Shown: in pieces, positions 1 through 10,296 of the stretch
How the letters are laid out: each line of letters starts with the position of its first letter
How positions within the stretch are numbered: the first letter of the stretch is position 1
Source: Geopsychrobacteraceae bacterium
GTDB lineage: Bacteria; Desulfobacterota; Desulfuromonadia; Desulfuromonadales; Geopsychrobacteraceae
Length of the DNA stretch: 64,000 bases
Direction of reading: 5' to 3'
NCBI GenBank assembly: GCA_963676795.2
Contig: CAXXTB010000002.1
Location: 1,536,001-1,600,000 of the forward strand
Position numbers and translations under genes: made by a program
Notes under the pieces: generated by a model
Seen by the model: only the letters and a program-made list of their open reading frames with translations
The model's database searches: none
Told to the model about the DNA's origin: nothing

Positions 1-2109
1 TATCTGCGCGATTCGTTCCTCGCCTTCAAGCGGCTGGCTGAGGCCCTCAACAAGGCGGCCATCAGCGGCAGCGGCTTTTTTGTCACCGTCTCGCGGCTGA
101 ACGGTCACTTCGGCCTCAATAGCGGCGCAGCGATCAAGGATCCGCTGTCAGGTGGCCTGGCAGGTCTGGTCAAAACCGCTGCCCTAGAATACCCGGCTCT
201 CCATTGCAAGTCGATCGATCTGGCTTCCGAACTGGAGATCGAGGCAACGGCAGCTGCCCTGGTTGATGAAATCTTCACCGAGGCACCTCTGGAAGTCGCT
301 ATCAATGGCAGGGGGCGGGTCGCTCTCGAATTGAAAACAGTCTCTTTGCCAGAGATGGAAACAGCGGTTCCTCTTGTTGAGGGGGATCTGGTTGTCGTCA
401 GTGGCGGCGCGCGCGGTGTAACCGCCGAGGTCGCAGTCGCCTTGGCGCGGAGCACCAAGGCGACCCTGCTGCTGCTCGGGCGTAGTGAAGAGCCGCAGGA
501 TGAAGCGGCCTGGCTGCAGGGCTTGAGCGATGAGCAACAGATCAAAAAGGCGATCCTCGCTCATGCGCAAGCAGTTTTGAAACCGGTCGAGGTCGAACGT
601 GAATACCGGAGGATCTGTGCCAACCGGGAGATCAGGGCGACCCTTGAGCGGATCCTCAAGGCCGGCGGGCGCGCCATCTACCGCTGTGCCGATCTGCGCG
701 ATGCTGCAGGGCTGAAGACGGTCGTTGGCAGTTGTGTCGCCCAGCATGGCCAGGTCAAGGGTTTGATTCATGGTGCCGGGGTGCTTGCCGATAAACTGAT
801 CCGTGAAAAGACCGCCGACCAGTTTGAAAAGGTCTATGCGACCAAGATTAACGGCTTCCGTAACCTCTATGCATCTGTTGATCCGGCTCAGCTCAAGATT
901 CTGGTGATGTTTTCATCCTCGACCGGGCGCTTCGGGCGCATTGGTCAGGTCGATTATGCGGTTGCCAATGAGGTGCTCAACAAGATCGCCCTGCAGCAGG
1001 CCCGGCTCAATCCTGGCTGCCGTGTGGTCTCGCCGAACTGGGGACCGTGGGATGGCGGTATGGTCAACGCTGGCCTGAAAAAGGTCTTCGCCAGTGAGGG
1101 GATCGAGGTGATCGATCTGCTGGCCGGATCGTCATACCTGATGCAGGAACTGTCGACACCGTCCGGAGGGGCGGTTGAGGTCGTCATTCTGGGTGGCAAA
1201 GATCAGGAAGACGCAGTTGTTGAGGAGACCAGTCAGAATGTCTATATCTCCAAGGCCTTTGACCTCGATCTGAGTGTTGCCCGCTTTCCGTTTCTGAAAT
1301 CCCATGTTATCGGCGGCAAAGCGGTGTTGCCGGTGGCGATGATGGTCGAATGGATGGCCCACGCCGCCCTGCACAACAACCCGGGTCTCAAGTTTCAGGG
1401 CTTTAACGACCTGCGCGTGTTGAACGGTGTGAAGCTGGACGCAGAGAGCAGCTATGGGCTGCAGCTTTTGACCGGTAAGGCGATCAAGAGTGACGGTGTT
1501 CATGTCGTTCCTGTTGAAATCTCAGGTGTCGATGCTCAGGGTCGCCCTGTCGCCCATGCCCGGGCACGCATCCTGCTCGGCAGCAGGCTGCCCGAGGCCC
1601 CGGCCCTGGCACAGCAGGCTGTGCTCAAACCATGGAACCATGACCCCGCGACGCTCTACACCGACAACCGGCTGTTCCACGGTCGCGACTTCTTCGGTCT
1701 CAAGCAGGTGACCGGTTGCGCGCCCGAAGGGATTCAGGCCCGTGCGCTACATGCACCCTCACCATCGGACTGGATGACTGAGCCGCTGCGTGGCAGCTGG
1801 TTTGCCGATCCGCTGGTTCTCGACAGCAGCTTCCAGCTGCTCATCCTCTGGAGTTTCGAGCAGTATCAGGCCGGCTCGCTGCCGGTGGCCGCCGGACGTT
1901 ATCGCCAATACCGCGCCTTTGGCACGGAGGACGAGGTCGAAATCCGGGTTTCTGTCGTCGAGCGGTCCGGGAGTCTGGCCAAGGCACGTATCGAGTTCGT
2001 CGATATGAAAGACGGCAGCCTGATCGCCAGAATCGATGACTATGAATGTGTCATCGACGGCTCGTTGAACCAGACCTTCCTGCGCAACTCACTGGCCGGA
2101 GGCCACTGA
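1..2109 (+). CDS. pfaA: PUFA synthase PfaA-type subunit, C-terminal part (KR + PKS-type DH); 5' end lies outside the window
   Basis: Frame is open from base 1 (YLRDSFLAF...GGLAGLVKTAALEYP), so the ORF-track start at 331 is internal. KR motifs VVSGGARGVT, HGAGVLADKLI, DYAVANE, NWGPWDGGMV. DH motifs FLKSHVIGGKAVLP and LFHG...LDSSFQ. Confidence 0.88.
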   Translation, partial: YLRDSFLAFKRLAEALNKAAISGSGFFVTVSRLNGHFGLNSGAAIKDPLSGGLAGLVKTAALEYPALHCKSIDLASELEIEATAAALVDEIFTEAPLEVAINGRGRVALELKTVSLPEMETAVPLVEGDLVVVSGGARGVTAEVAVALARSTKATLLLLGRSEEPQDEAAWLQGLSDEQQIKKAILAHAQAVLKPVEVEREYRRICANREIRATLERILKAGGRAIYRCADLRDAAGLKTVVGSCVAQHGQVKGLIHGAGVLADKLIREKTADQFEKVYATKINGFRNLYASVDPAQLKILVMFSSSTGRFGRIGQVDYAVANEVLNKIALQQARLNPGCRVVSPNWGPWDGGMVNAGLKKVFASEGIEVIDLLAGSSYLMQELSTPSGGAVEVVILGGKDQEDAVVEETSQNVYISKAFDLDLSVARFPFLKSHVIGGKAVLPVAMMVEWMAHAALHNNPGLKFQGFNDLRVLNGVKLDAESSYGLQLLTGKAIKSDGVHVVPVEISGVDAQGRPVAHARARILLGSRLPEAPALAQQAVLKPWNHDPATLYTDNRLFHGRDFFGLKQVTGCAPEGIQARALHAPSPSDWMTEPLRGSWFADPLVLDSSFQLLILWSFEQYQAGSLPVAAGRYRQYRAFGTEDEVEIRVSVVERSGSLAKARIEFVDMKDGSLIARIDDYECVIDGSLNQTFLRNSLAGGH

Positions 2110-2110
2110 T

Positions 2111-5100
2111 ATGGCAAAACATCAGGCGGTTGCCATTGTCGCCATCGGTGCTGAATTTCCCGGTGCCGACAGCCTGGCCCGGTTTTGGGAGAATGTCAGC
2201 TCCGGTCATTGTGCCGCCAGTGAACCGCCAGAGGGGCGCTGGCTGCTCGATGTCGATGAAGTCTATGCCCCGGAAGTGGGGAAAGCCGATCATGTCTATT
2301 CGCGCAAGGCCTGTTTCCTGGCCGATGAAGTGGACAAGCGTGCCATCCCGGGACTTGAACTCGATGCTGATTTTCTTGAAGCGCTCGATCCGATGTTCCG
2401 TCTGCTCTTGCGCGTCGGGCATCAGACCTTGAAGGATGCCAGGAGTAAGCCCTTTGAACGGAGCAGGGCGGGGATCATCATTGGTAACCTGGCGCTGCCG
2501 AGTGAAAAGTCTTCGGCCCTGGCCCGGGAGTTTCTTGGCAAAACCTTCAGCGAGAAACTGGCGGATGTACCGCCAGCCTGGCCGGAGGCTGCAACCCATC
2601 CGCTCAATCACTTTGTTGCCGGCCTGCCGGCCGGTCTGCTGGCCAAGACGCTCGGCTTTCACGGGAGCTGTTTTACCCTTGATGCTGCCTGCGCCTCTTC
2701 CCTCTATGCGGTGAAGCTGGCCTGTGACGAACTGCTCAGTGGCCGGGCGGACGCTATGCTCGCCGGCGGCCTGTCGCGCCCCGATTCCCTCTATACCCAG
2801 ATGGGCTTTTCCCAGCTCAGAGCGTTGTCACCTGATGGCGTCTGTTCTCCCTTCGATGCCAAGGGGAACGGCCTGGTCGTTGGTGAAGGCTGCGGGCTGG
2901 TACTGCTGAAGCGTCTCGAGGATGCACTACGCGACGGTGATCAGATCTATGCTGTCATTCGCGGAGCCGGGCTCTCCAACGATCGCAGCGGCAACCTGTT
3001 GGCACCGTCCAGTGAAGGGCAGCTGCGCGCGATGCAGTCCGCCTACCGCGAAGCCGGCTGGACTCCGGATAGCGTCGATCATATCGAATGTCACGCTACC
3101 GGAACACCGGTCGGTGATGCCGTTGAGTTTGCCAGCTTGCGTCAGCTCTGGCACGGTCACAAGGGGCACTGTGTGCTCGGCTCGGTCAAGGCCAATATCG
3201 GCCATCTGTTGACCGCGGCGGGTTCTGCCGCTCTGATCAAGACGTTGCTGGCGCTGAAGCACAAAACCCTGCCACAGATGGCCAATTTTTCCTCACCGGC
3301 AGCCGATGTCGAACTTGAAAACAGTCCGTTCCGCATCCTTTCTCAGTCTCAGCCCTGGGAACGGCGCAGGCCGGATACGCCACGGCGCGCCGCGGTCAGT
3401 GCCTTCGGCTTTGGCGGGATCAATGCTCACCTGCTGCTCGAAGAATGGATGCCGGAAAAAACGCAAAAGGGGACAGTGCGCCACCATCCGGCTTTTCAGC
3501 CAAAGCCAAAGCCGCTGGCGATTGTCGGCATGGCCGTCCAGCTTGGTGGCGTTGACAGCCTGGGCGAACTGGAAGAGCGGCTCATGCAGCGCCGCACTTC
3601 GACAACACAACCGCCTGATAACTGGTGGGGGGCGGAGAACAGCTCCTGGTTAAAGGCTCTGGGGTACTCTGCTGCTGACTTTGCAGGTTACCGGATATCT
3701 GAGGTCAGCGCCCAGCCCGGGGAGTTCCGTATTCCGCCCAACGAGGTCGGTGAGATCCTGCCGCGCCAGCTGCTGATGCTGAAGGTTGCCGCCAATGCCC
3801 TCAAGGATGCCGGAATCGATAAAGACGATCATCCGTTCACCGGTGTCTATATCGGCTGTGGGATCGATCTCAATGCGACCAATTTCAGCTTTCGCTGGGG
3901 TTTGAGCAGATATGCCAGAGACTGGGCCGGGCAGTTCGGATTTACTCAGAACGCTGCCGATTTTCAGTCCTGGCTTGAAGAATTGCGTGATCAGGCCGGT
4001 CCGCCACTGACGGCCAACCGGACGATGGGTGCCCTGGGCAGCACGGTCGCCAGCCGGATCGCCAAGGAATTTCATATCGGTGGACCCAGTTTCACCCTGT
4101 CGAGCGAGGAGAACTCAGGCCTCAAGGCGCTTGAGACCGCTTTTCATGCCTTGCAGTCGGAGTCGATCAACCGGGCCCTGGTCGGTTCTGTAGAACTGGC
4201 CGGTGAACTGCGCGCCGCCCTTTGCCGTCAACAGCTGATCAAGGACAAGAATGAGGTTCCGGTCGGTGAAGGGGCTGTCGCACTGGTTCTGAAGCGGCTC
4301 GATGACGCCCGGCGTGATGGTGACCGCATCTATGCTCTGCTCGACAACGTGGCATCGGCCAACGCCGGAGATCCGTTGCAGGTGACTCCGGTCGCTGATG
4401 CGTTGAACCTGTCTCTTGAGCGGACCCTGCGCGGCTTGCCGGCAGGGACTGCTGTCTCTCACGTCGAACTGGCGTCGGCCAATAGTGGCAGCGCCAGAGA
4501 GCTTGAACTTGTAGAGCTCAAAGAAAAGCTGGCTACGCCGTTTCATCTGGGCTGGATCTCCGCAGCGACAGGTTATGCCGGTGCGGTCAGCGGCCTTGCC
4601 GCCGTGGTCAAGTCGGCGCTGATGCTCAAGGCGAAAAGGTTGTTGCCGAGCGAATCTGAACATTTGCAGCATCTTGCAGATGAGCAGACCTTTACCAGCT
4701 CGGTCGCCCAGTACTGGCTGACCAACAAGGTGCAGGTGCGCCGGGCACTGGTTGGCTCTCTGGGGAGTGAGGGGAGCTGTTCGCATGCTCTGCTGAGTGA
4801 AGATCCTCAAGGATCGGTAGATTCGGCGTTTTTCAAGAGCCCGGAACAGCTGTTTGTCTTCAAAGCAGAAAATGTCGCGGGGCTGCAGGACGGGCTTGGT
4901 GCGCTGCGCCAGCTTTTGACAGCGTCTGTCGGGCAATCGTTGCAGACGCTCGCAAGCCGCTGGTATCGTCAGCGTTCTGCTGATCGTGATGAGCTGCCGG
5001 TCCGGCTCAGTCTGATTGCCAGCGATGCCGGAATGCTTGCGGAGCAGCTCGATTTTGTCGAAATGCGTTTAAGTCAGCAGCCATCAGCGCCAATCGGTTT

Positions 5101-8100
5101 TGGCCAGGACAGGCAACTGCGTCCGGCCCTCAAGGAGCGGGTTTTTTACGCCCCTGAGGCGCTGGCCGATAAAGGTAAGCTTGCCTTTATCTTTCCCGGT
5201 TCCGGCAATCACTATGCGGAGATGGGGAGTGAGCTTTCGGCACTGTGGCCTGGGGTTTATGCCCGCCAGGAGCTCGAGAACCGGCGGCTGGCCGATCAGT
5301 ACCTGCCCTGGCTGCTGCGCCGTGAACAGTTGGACGGCTCGCTGGAGGACAACCATAACGCGCTGGTGATCTCCCACGTGGCGCTCTGTACGGCGCTCTC
5401 GGACCTGGTGCGTTCCTTCGGTATCGAACCGCGCCTGGTCAGCGGTTACAGCCTGGGGGAATCCTCGGGCCTGTTCGCCACAAGAGCCTGGCGTGATCGC
5501 GATGCCATGTTGCAGAGACTTGAGAGCTCGCGGCTGTTTGTCGACGAACTGGGTGGGCCTTGCAAGGCGGCCAGACGGATCTGGAACCTGCCCAAGGAGA
5601 TAGCGATCGACTGGCATCTGGGCATTGTCAACCTGCCCGAGGCAAAGGTGCGCGAAGCCCTGCAGGGGAAGGAGCAGGTCTATCTGCTGATCGTCAACAG
5701 CTACCGTGAGGTGGTGATCGGCGGCAACCGGTCGCAGGTCGAAGCACTGGTCGGCGAGCTGGGCTGTCATTTCATTCCGCTGACCGGGGTAACGACCGTG
5801 CATTGCGAGGTGGTCAACGCCGTGGCCGATGCCTACCGTTCGTTGCACATGTTCCAGGTCTATCCGCCCCAGGGGATCGACTACTACAGTTGCGCTCTCG
5901 GCAAGAAGTATCCGTTGACCAGCAGCCATGCCGCCGACGTGATTCTTGCTCAGGCTCAGAACAGCATCGACTATCCCCGCGTCGTTGAAAAGCTCTATGC
6001 CGATGGGGCGCGGATCTTTATTGAAGTGGGGCCCGGTAATTCCTGTTCACGGATGATCGATAGCATTCTTGAGGGGCGTGAGCATCTGGCCGTGTCAACC
6101 TGCGTGCAGGGGCAGGACGCAGCTCTGCAGATTCTTGCTCTGCTGGGTCGCTGTTTCGCTCAAGGGGTCAAGCTGCAACTGGACTCTCTTTTCTGCGACG
6201 AAACGGAATCAGAACAGCTTGTCCAGAGTGATGAGCCGGTCGGTAAAATCACCCTGATAACCGGTGGAAAAGCATTTCTTTTGAATAGGCTTGCGGGTAA
6301 AAATAAGAGCGTAAAAACGGCTGTTAAGGAGACTGATATTCAACCATCGGTTGAAGCTTTTCGGGTTCCGTCTGCTGAGCAGCCTGTTCCCGCGCAAGTT
6401 TCTCCACTGGCTGCTGCCTCAGGTGACGTGAACAGCCCTGTTCAGCTGTTTGTTCATTACGAAAATCTGCTGAATCAGCAGGCTCATGCGCATGAAACCT
6501 ACCTCAATTTCTCGCGTCAGCTTGAAACGGCGGTTGAGAAGAATATCGCCCTGCAGATGCAGCTGCTCCGGCAGATGCAGCAGCAGGGCGTCGCTATTGC
6601 TGTCGACCAGCCTCTAGCTGCAACTTCTGTTCAGGTGCCTGTTCAGCAGAAGCCCCAGGTCGTTTTTGACCGTGCCATGTGTCTTGAGTTTGCCACAGGG
6701 TCGGTTGCCAGGATGCTCGGCCCCGAGTTCGCCGAGGTCGACAGCTATCCGACCCGCGTACGCCTGCCGGATGAGCCGCTGATGCTGGTCGACCGGATTG
6801 TCGCCCTCGAAGGGGAAGCCAGGTCGCTGAGTCACGGCCGGGTGGTCACAGAGCACGATGTCACTGCGGATCGCTGGTATCTTGACGGTGGGCGGATTCC
6901 GACCTGCGTTGCCGTCGAAGCGGGACAGGCTGATCTGTTCCTTTCCGGTTATCTGGGAATCGACTTTATCAGCAAAGGCAAAGCAGTTTACCGCCTGCTC
7001 GATGCCGTGGTGACGTTCCATCGCAGTCTGCCGGTGCCGGGGGACGTGATCCGTTATGATATCAAAATCGAACGCTTCTTCCGTCAGGATCAGACCTATC
7101 TGTTCAAGTTCAATTTTGAGGGGACTGTCAACGGTGAACCGCTGTTGTCGATGCGTGACGGTTGTGCCGGGTTCTTTACGGCGGAAGAACTGGCAGCCGG
7201 TAAGGGAATCGTCCACACCAGGCTCGATCTGCTGCCGCAGCCGGGCAAGTTGCCTGACGACTGGCGCGAGCCGGTGGTCCTGAAAGAGGAGAGCTATTCC
7301 GCCGCCCAGATCGATGCGCTCTACCGGGGCGAGCTGGCGACCTGTTTCGGTGCTCCTTTTGATCGTTTGCCACTGCAGCGTCCTTACACGCTGCCGGGGG
7401 GCAAACTCAAGCTCGTTGATCGGGTGACGAAGCTCGATCCGCGTGGCGGGCGCTACGGGCTGGGGCAGATCCGTGCCGAGATGGATATCGATCCAGGCGA
7501 CTGGTTCCTGACCTGTCATTTCGTCGATGACCGGGTCATGCCGGGGACCCTGATGTACGAATGCTGCATGCATACCCTGCGCATCTTCCTGCTGCGGCTC
7601 GGTTGGGTCGGGGAAGAGGGGACAACCTGGTGCGAACCGGTTCCCGGGGTGGCCAGCGGGTTGAAGTGCCGAGGCCAGGTTACCGAGGAGACGAAGACGG
7701 TTACTTACCAGGTCAGTATCAAGGAACTGGGCTACCGGCCGGAACCTTACGCCATTGTCGATGCCCTGATGTACGCTGATGGCAAGGCGATCGTCGAGAT
7801 CCCTTCGATGTCGGTGCAGCTGGCCGGACTCAATCGTGACATGATCGACGCCCTGTGGGGCCCACTCCCTACTGCGCAAACAGTGCCGGCCAAACAGGTC
7901 CTTTATGACCGCGACAGGATCACGGCTTTTGCCATCGGCGACCCGTCCTACGCCTTTGGCGAGAAGTACCGCATCTTCGACAAACAGCGGCGTATTGCCC
8001 GCCTGCCTGGTCCGCCATTTCAGTTTATCGACCGGATTGTCGCTGTAAGCGGCGAACCCTGGCTGCTTAAGGCCGGGGCGACTGTTGAGGCGGAGTACGA

Positions 8101-8971
8101 TGTGCCGGCCGCTGGCTGGTATTTTGCTGCGGGTGGTCAGTCGACCATGCCTTTTGCCGTATTACTCGAAATCGGTCTGCAGCCCTGCGGGTGGCTTGCG
8201 GCCTACCTGGGTTCGGCGCTGACCAGCGAGATCGATCTGTCGTTCCGTAATCTGGACGGTCATGCCGTGCAGCACCGACCAGTCACTGCAGAGAGCGGAA
8301 CCCTGACCATCAAGGTGACGATGACCCGGGTCTCGAGCAGTGCCGGCATGATCATTCAGAACTATGATTTTGCTGTGTACGACAGTGCAGGGTTGGTTTA
8401 TAGCGGCGATACCGTGTTCGGCTTCTTTTCGCAGGCTTCGCTGGCCCAGCAGGTCGGTGTCCGCGGTGCAGCACTTTATCAACCGAGTGCCGAGGAAAAC
8501 GCACGGGCGCAAAGTTTCGCCTATCCGCAAGGCGTGCCTTATCCGGAGCAGCAGCTGCGCATGGTCGATCAGATCGATCATTATGACCCCTTTGGCGGTA
8601 GCCACGGTCTTGGTTTCATCCGTGGCCTGAAACAGGTCGATCCCGAGGAGTGGTTCTTCAAGGCCCACTTCTATCAGGATCCGGTCTGTCCGGGTTCGTT
8701 GGGGCTGGAATCCTATCTGCAGTTGCTCAAGGTCTTTGCCGCCAGACGTTGGGGAGCGGATCAGTCCAGCCAGTTTGAAACCGTCGCTATCGATGTCAAG
8801 CACTGCTGGAACTACCGCGGCCAGATCGTTCCGAGCAATGATCAGGTTGTCATTGAGGCGACGATCACGGCTATCGACGATGAGCAGCGGCTGATCCGGG
8901 CCGACGGTTACCTGGCAGTCGACGGCAAGGTCATCTATCAGCTGAAGGATTTCAGTCTGAGGCTGGATTAG
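2111..8971 (+). CDS. pfaBC: PUFA synthase fused PfaB/PfaC (Pfa3-type): KS - chain length factor - AT - four FabA-like DH/pseudo-DH domains
   Basis: KS triad DAACASS / ECHATGT / GHLLTAAG. Second KS-like domain has SSEENSG in place of the active Cys (CLF). AT motifs FIFPGSG, GYSLGE, FIEVGP. FabA-type DH motifs FLTCHFVDDRVMPG and FFKAHFYQDPVCPG alternate with two His-less DH' domains. Confidence 0.9.
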   Translation: MAKHQAVAIVAIGAEFPGADSLARFWENVSSGHCAASEPPEGRWLLDVDEVYAPEVGKADHVYSRKACFLADEVDKRAIPGLELDADFLEALDPMFRLLLRVGHQTLKDARSKPFERSRAGIIIGNLALPSEKSSALAREFLGKTFSEKLADVPPAWPEAATHPLNHFVAGLPAGLLAKTLGFHGSCFTLDAACASSLYAVKLACDELLSGRADAMLAGGLSRPDSLYTQMGFSQLRALSPDGVCSPFDAKGNGLVVGEGCGLVLLKRLEDALRDGDQIYAVIRGAGLSNDRSGNLLAPSSEGQLRAMQSAYREAGWTPDSVDHIECHATGTPVGDAVEFASLRQLWHGHKGHCVLGSVKANIGHLLTAAGSAALIKTLLALKHKTLPQMANFSSPAADVELENSPFRILSQSQPWERRRPDTPRRAAVSAFGFGGINAHLLLEEWMPEKTQKGTVRHHPAFQPKPKPLAIVGMAVQLGGVDSLGELEERLMQRRTSTTQPPDNWWGAENSSWLKALGYSAADFAGYRISEVSAQPGEFRIPPNEVGEILPRQLLMLKVAANALKDAGIDKDDHPFTGVYIGCGIDLNATNFSFRWGLSRYARDWAGQFGFTQNAADFQSWLEELRDQAGPPLTANRTMGALGSTVASRIAKEFHIGGPSFTLSSEENSGLKALETAFHALQSESINRALVGSVELAGELRAALCRQQLIKDKNEVPVGEGAVALVLKRLDDARRDGDRIYALLDNVASANAGDPLQVTPVADALNLSLERTLRGLPAGTAVSHVELASANSGSARELELVELKEKLATPFHLGWISAATGYAGAVSGLAAVVKSALMLKAKRLLPSESEHLQHLADEQTFTSSVAQYWLTNKVQVRRALVGSLGSEGSCSHALLSEDPQGSVDSAFFKSPEQLFVFKAENVAGLQDGLGALRQLLTASVGQSLQTLASRWYRQRSADRDELPVRLSLIASDAGMLAEQLDFVEMRLSQQPSAPIGFGQDRQLRPALKERVFYAPEALADKGKLAFIFPGSGNHYAEMGSELSALWPGVYARQELENRRLADQYLPWLLRREQLDGSLEDNHNALVISHVALCTALSDLVRSFGIEPRLVSGYSLGESSGLFATRAWRDRDAMLQRLESSRLFVDELGGPCKAARRIWNLPKEIAIDWHLGIVNLPEAKVREALQGKEQVYLLIVNSYREVVIGGNRSQVEALVGELGCHFIPLTGVTTVHCEVVNAVADAYRSLHMFQVYPPQGIDYYSCALGKKYPLTSSHAADVILAQAQNSIDYPRVVEKLYADGARIFIEVGPGNSCSRMIDSILEGREHLAVSTCVQGQDAALQILALLGRCFAQGVKLQLDSLFCDETESEQLVQSDEPVGKITLITGGKAFLLNRLAGKNKSVKTAVKETDIQPSVEAFRVPSAEQPVPAQVSPLAAASGDVNSPVQLFVHYENLLNQQAHAHETYLNFSRQLETAVEKNIALQMQLLRQMQQQGVAIAVDQPLAATSVQVPVQQKPQVVFDRAMCLEFATGSVARMLGPEFAEVDSYPTRVRLPDEPLMLVDRIVALEGEARSLSHGRVVTEHDVTADRWYLDGGRIPTCVAVEAGQADLFLSGYLGIDFISKGKAVYRLLDAVVTFHRSLPVPGDVIRYDIKIERFFRQDQTYLFKFNFEGTVNGEPLLSMRDGCAGFFTAEELAAGKGIVHTRLDLLPQPGKLPDDWREPVVLKEESYSAAQIDALYRGELATCFGAPFDRLPLQRPYTLPGGKLKLVDRVTKLDPRGGRYGLGQIRAEMDIDPGDWFLTCHFVDDRVMPGTLMYECCMHTLRIFLLRLGWVGEEGTTWCEPVPGVASGLKCRGQVTEETKTVTYQVSIKELGYRPEPYAIVDALMYADGKAIVEIPSMSVQLAGLNRDMIDALWGPLPTAQTVPAKQVLYDRDRITAFAIGDPSYAFGEKYRIFDKQRRIARLPGPPFQFIDRIVAVSGEPWLLKAGATVEAEYDVPAAGWYFAAGGQSTMPFAVLLEIGLQPCGWLAAYLGSALTSEIDLSFRNLDGHAVQHRPVTAESGTLTIKVTMTRVSSSAGMIIQNYDFAVYDSAGLVYSGDTVFGFFSQASLAQQVGVRGAALYQPSAEENARAQSFAYPQGVPYPEQQLRMVDQIDHYDPFGGSHGLGFIRGLKQVDPEEWFFKAHFYQDPVCPGSLGLESYLQLLKVFAARRWGADQSSQFETVAIDVKHCWNYRGQIVPSNDQVVIEATITAIDDEQRLIRADGYLAVDGKVIYQLKDFSLRLD

Positions 8972-8974
8972 CTG

Positions 8975-9021
8975 GTTTTCATCCTGAGGCGGTCTTTTTT
9001 CACTGTGGCGTTGTCAATCTG
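8975..9021 (+). repeat. Degenerate partial copy of the palindromic element at 17833-17973
   Basis: Ungapped 47-nt alignment to 17833-17879 with 35/47 identities; 11 of the 12 mismatches are transitions. Confidence 0.65.
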
Positions 9022-9089
9022 AAACATGTCCATTGTCCTTCAGCGTTTCAGATAGCAGCTGGCTATGCTAAAACTGTCTCAATTTTATT

Positions 9090-9206
9090 CCTTCTCCATG
9101 AGTACCCAAGCTGCGGGCATAAAGGAGAAGGTGCCCGCAGGGGCGGATGAGGGGAGATTTTGAGTGAGAAGCCCTCACCCCAACCCTATCCCCCGAGGGA
9201 GAGGGG
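9090..9206. repeat. REP-like palindromic pair (CCCTC.../GGAGAAGG type)
   Basis: ccttctcc(9090-9097)/ggagaagg(9124-9131) followed by tgcccgcagggcggatgagggg, then an oppositely oriented ccctcaccccaaccctatcccccgagggagagggg (9172-9206), resembling widespread proteobacterial REPs. Confidence 0.6.
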
Positions 9207-9249
9207 ATGTTTTGGTATTTTTATTTACACCATGAACTGATTAGAAAAG

Positions 9250-10296
9250 ATGGGTATGAAATATTCACGAGTCTATATCGAAGCGGTCGGTTATGAACTA
9301 GGGCCGGTGGTGGTGACCTCCGCTGAGCTGGAGAAGCGTCTTGAGCCGCTTTATCAGAAACTACATATATCACCGGGCCAGCTTGAAGCGCTGACCGGTA
9401 TCCGGGAACGACGCTGGTGGCGGCCGGGAACGCCGATATCTGAAGGGGCGATCGCCGCTGCACGCAAAGCGCTGGCCGAGCGCGAAGTGACAGCCGAAGA
9501 TCTGGGCGCTGTTGTCTATACAGGGGTCTGCCGCGAAGATTACGAGCCGGCGACCGCCTGCAACATTGCCGCTGCCCTCGGTGTGCAGGGGAATGCGGCT
9601 GTCTACGACATCTCAAATGCCTGTCTCGGTGTCCTTAACGGAGTTCTTGATGTGGCCAACCGGATCGAACTGGGACAGATCCGTGCCGGGCTTGTTGTTG
9701 CCTGTGAGAGTTCGCGGGAAATTGTCGAGGTGATGATCGCCGAGATGCTGGAGAAGTCGTCGATGGAATTTTTCAGCAAGTCGCTGGCCACTCTGACTGG
9801 CGGATCCGGTGCGGCGGCTGTGCTGCTGACCGATGGTTCCTTTTCGCCGAAGAGGCGTCCGCGCCTGCTTGGGGGAGTCAACCTGGCCGAACCACAGTTC
9901 AATCAGCTGTGTCGTTGGGGGGTGCGTAAGGAGGGGGAGCAGCACAAACCCTATATGCGCACCGATGCCGTTGCCGTCATGAGGCACGGTGTCGAACTCG
10001 GCAAGCGCACCTGGGATGCCTTTTCCCGCGAGCTGGAGCTGACAGCAGAGAGTATCGACAAGGTTATCTGCCATCAGGTCGGTGAGGCGCATCAGAAGCT
10101 GATTCTGCAGACGATTGGTCTCAATCCGGACAAGGATTTCACCACCTTTGAATTTCTCGGCAACATGGGGACTGTTTCCCTGCCGATCACCGCGGCGATC
10201 GCCAAGGAGCGCGACGAGCTACGCGCCGGTGATCTGGTCGGGTTCCTGGGCATCGGCAGCGGTCTGAACTGTCTGATGATGGCGATCCAATGGTAA
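9250..10296 (+). CDS. oleA: OleA, thiolase/FabH-like head-to-head acyl-CoA condensing enzyme
   Basis: TGIRERR, EPATAC (Glu base), SNACLG (Cys), CHQVG (His), LGNMG, GIGSGLN. First of four genes in oleABCD order. Start may be 9256. Confidence 0.9.
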   Translation: MGMKYSRVYIEAVGYELGPVVVTSAELEKRLEPLYQKLHISPGQLEALTGIRERRWWRPGTPISEGAIAAARKALAEREVTAEDLGAVVYTGVCREDYEPATACNIAAALGVQGNAAVYDISNACLGVLNGVLDVANRIELGQIRAGLVVACESSREIVEVMIAEMLEKSSMEFFSKSLATLTGGSGAAAVLLTDGSFSPKRRPRLLGGVNLAEPQFNQLCRWGVRKEGEQHKPYMRTDAVAVMRHGVELGKRTWDAFSRELELTAESIDKVICHQVGEAHQKLILQTIGLNPDKDFTTFEFLGNMGTVSLPITAAIAKERDELRAGDLVGFLGIGSGLNCLMMAIQW

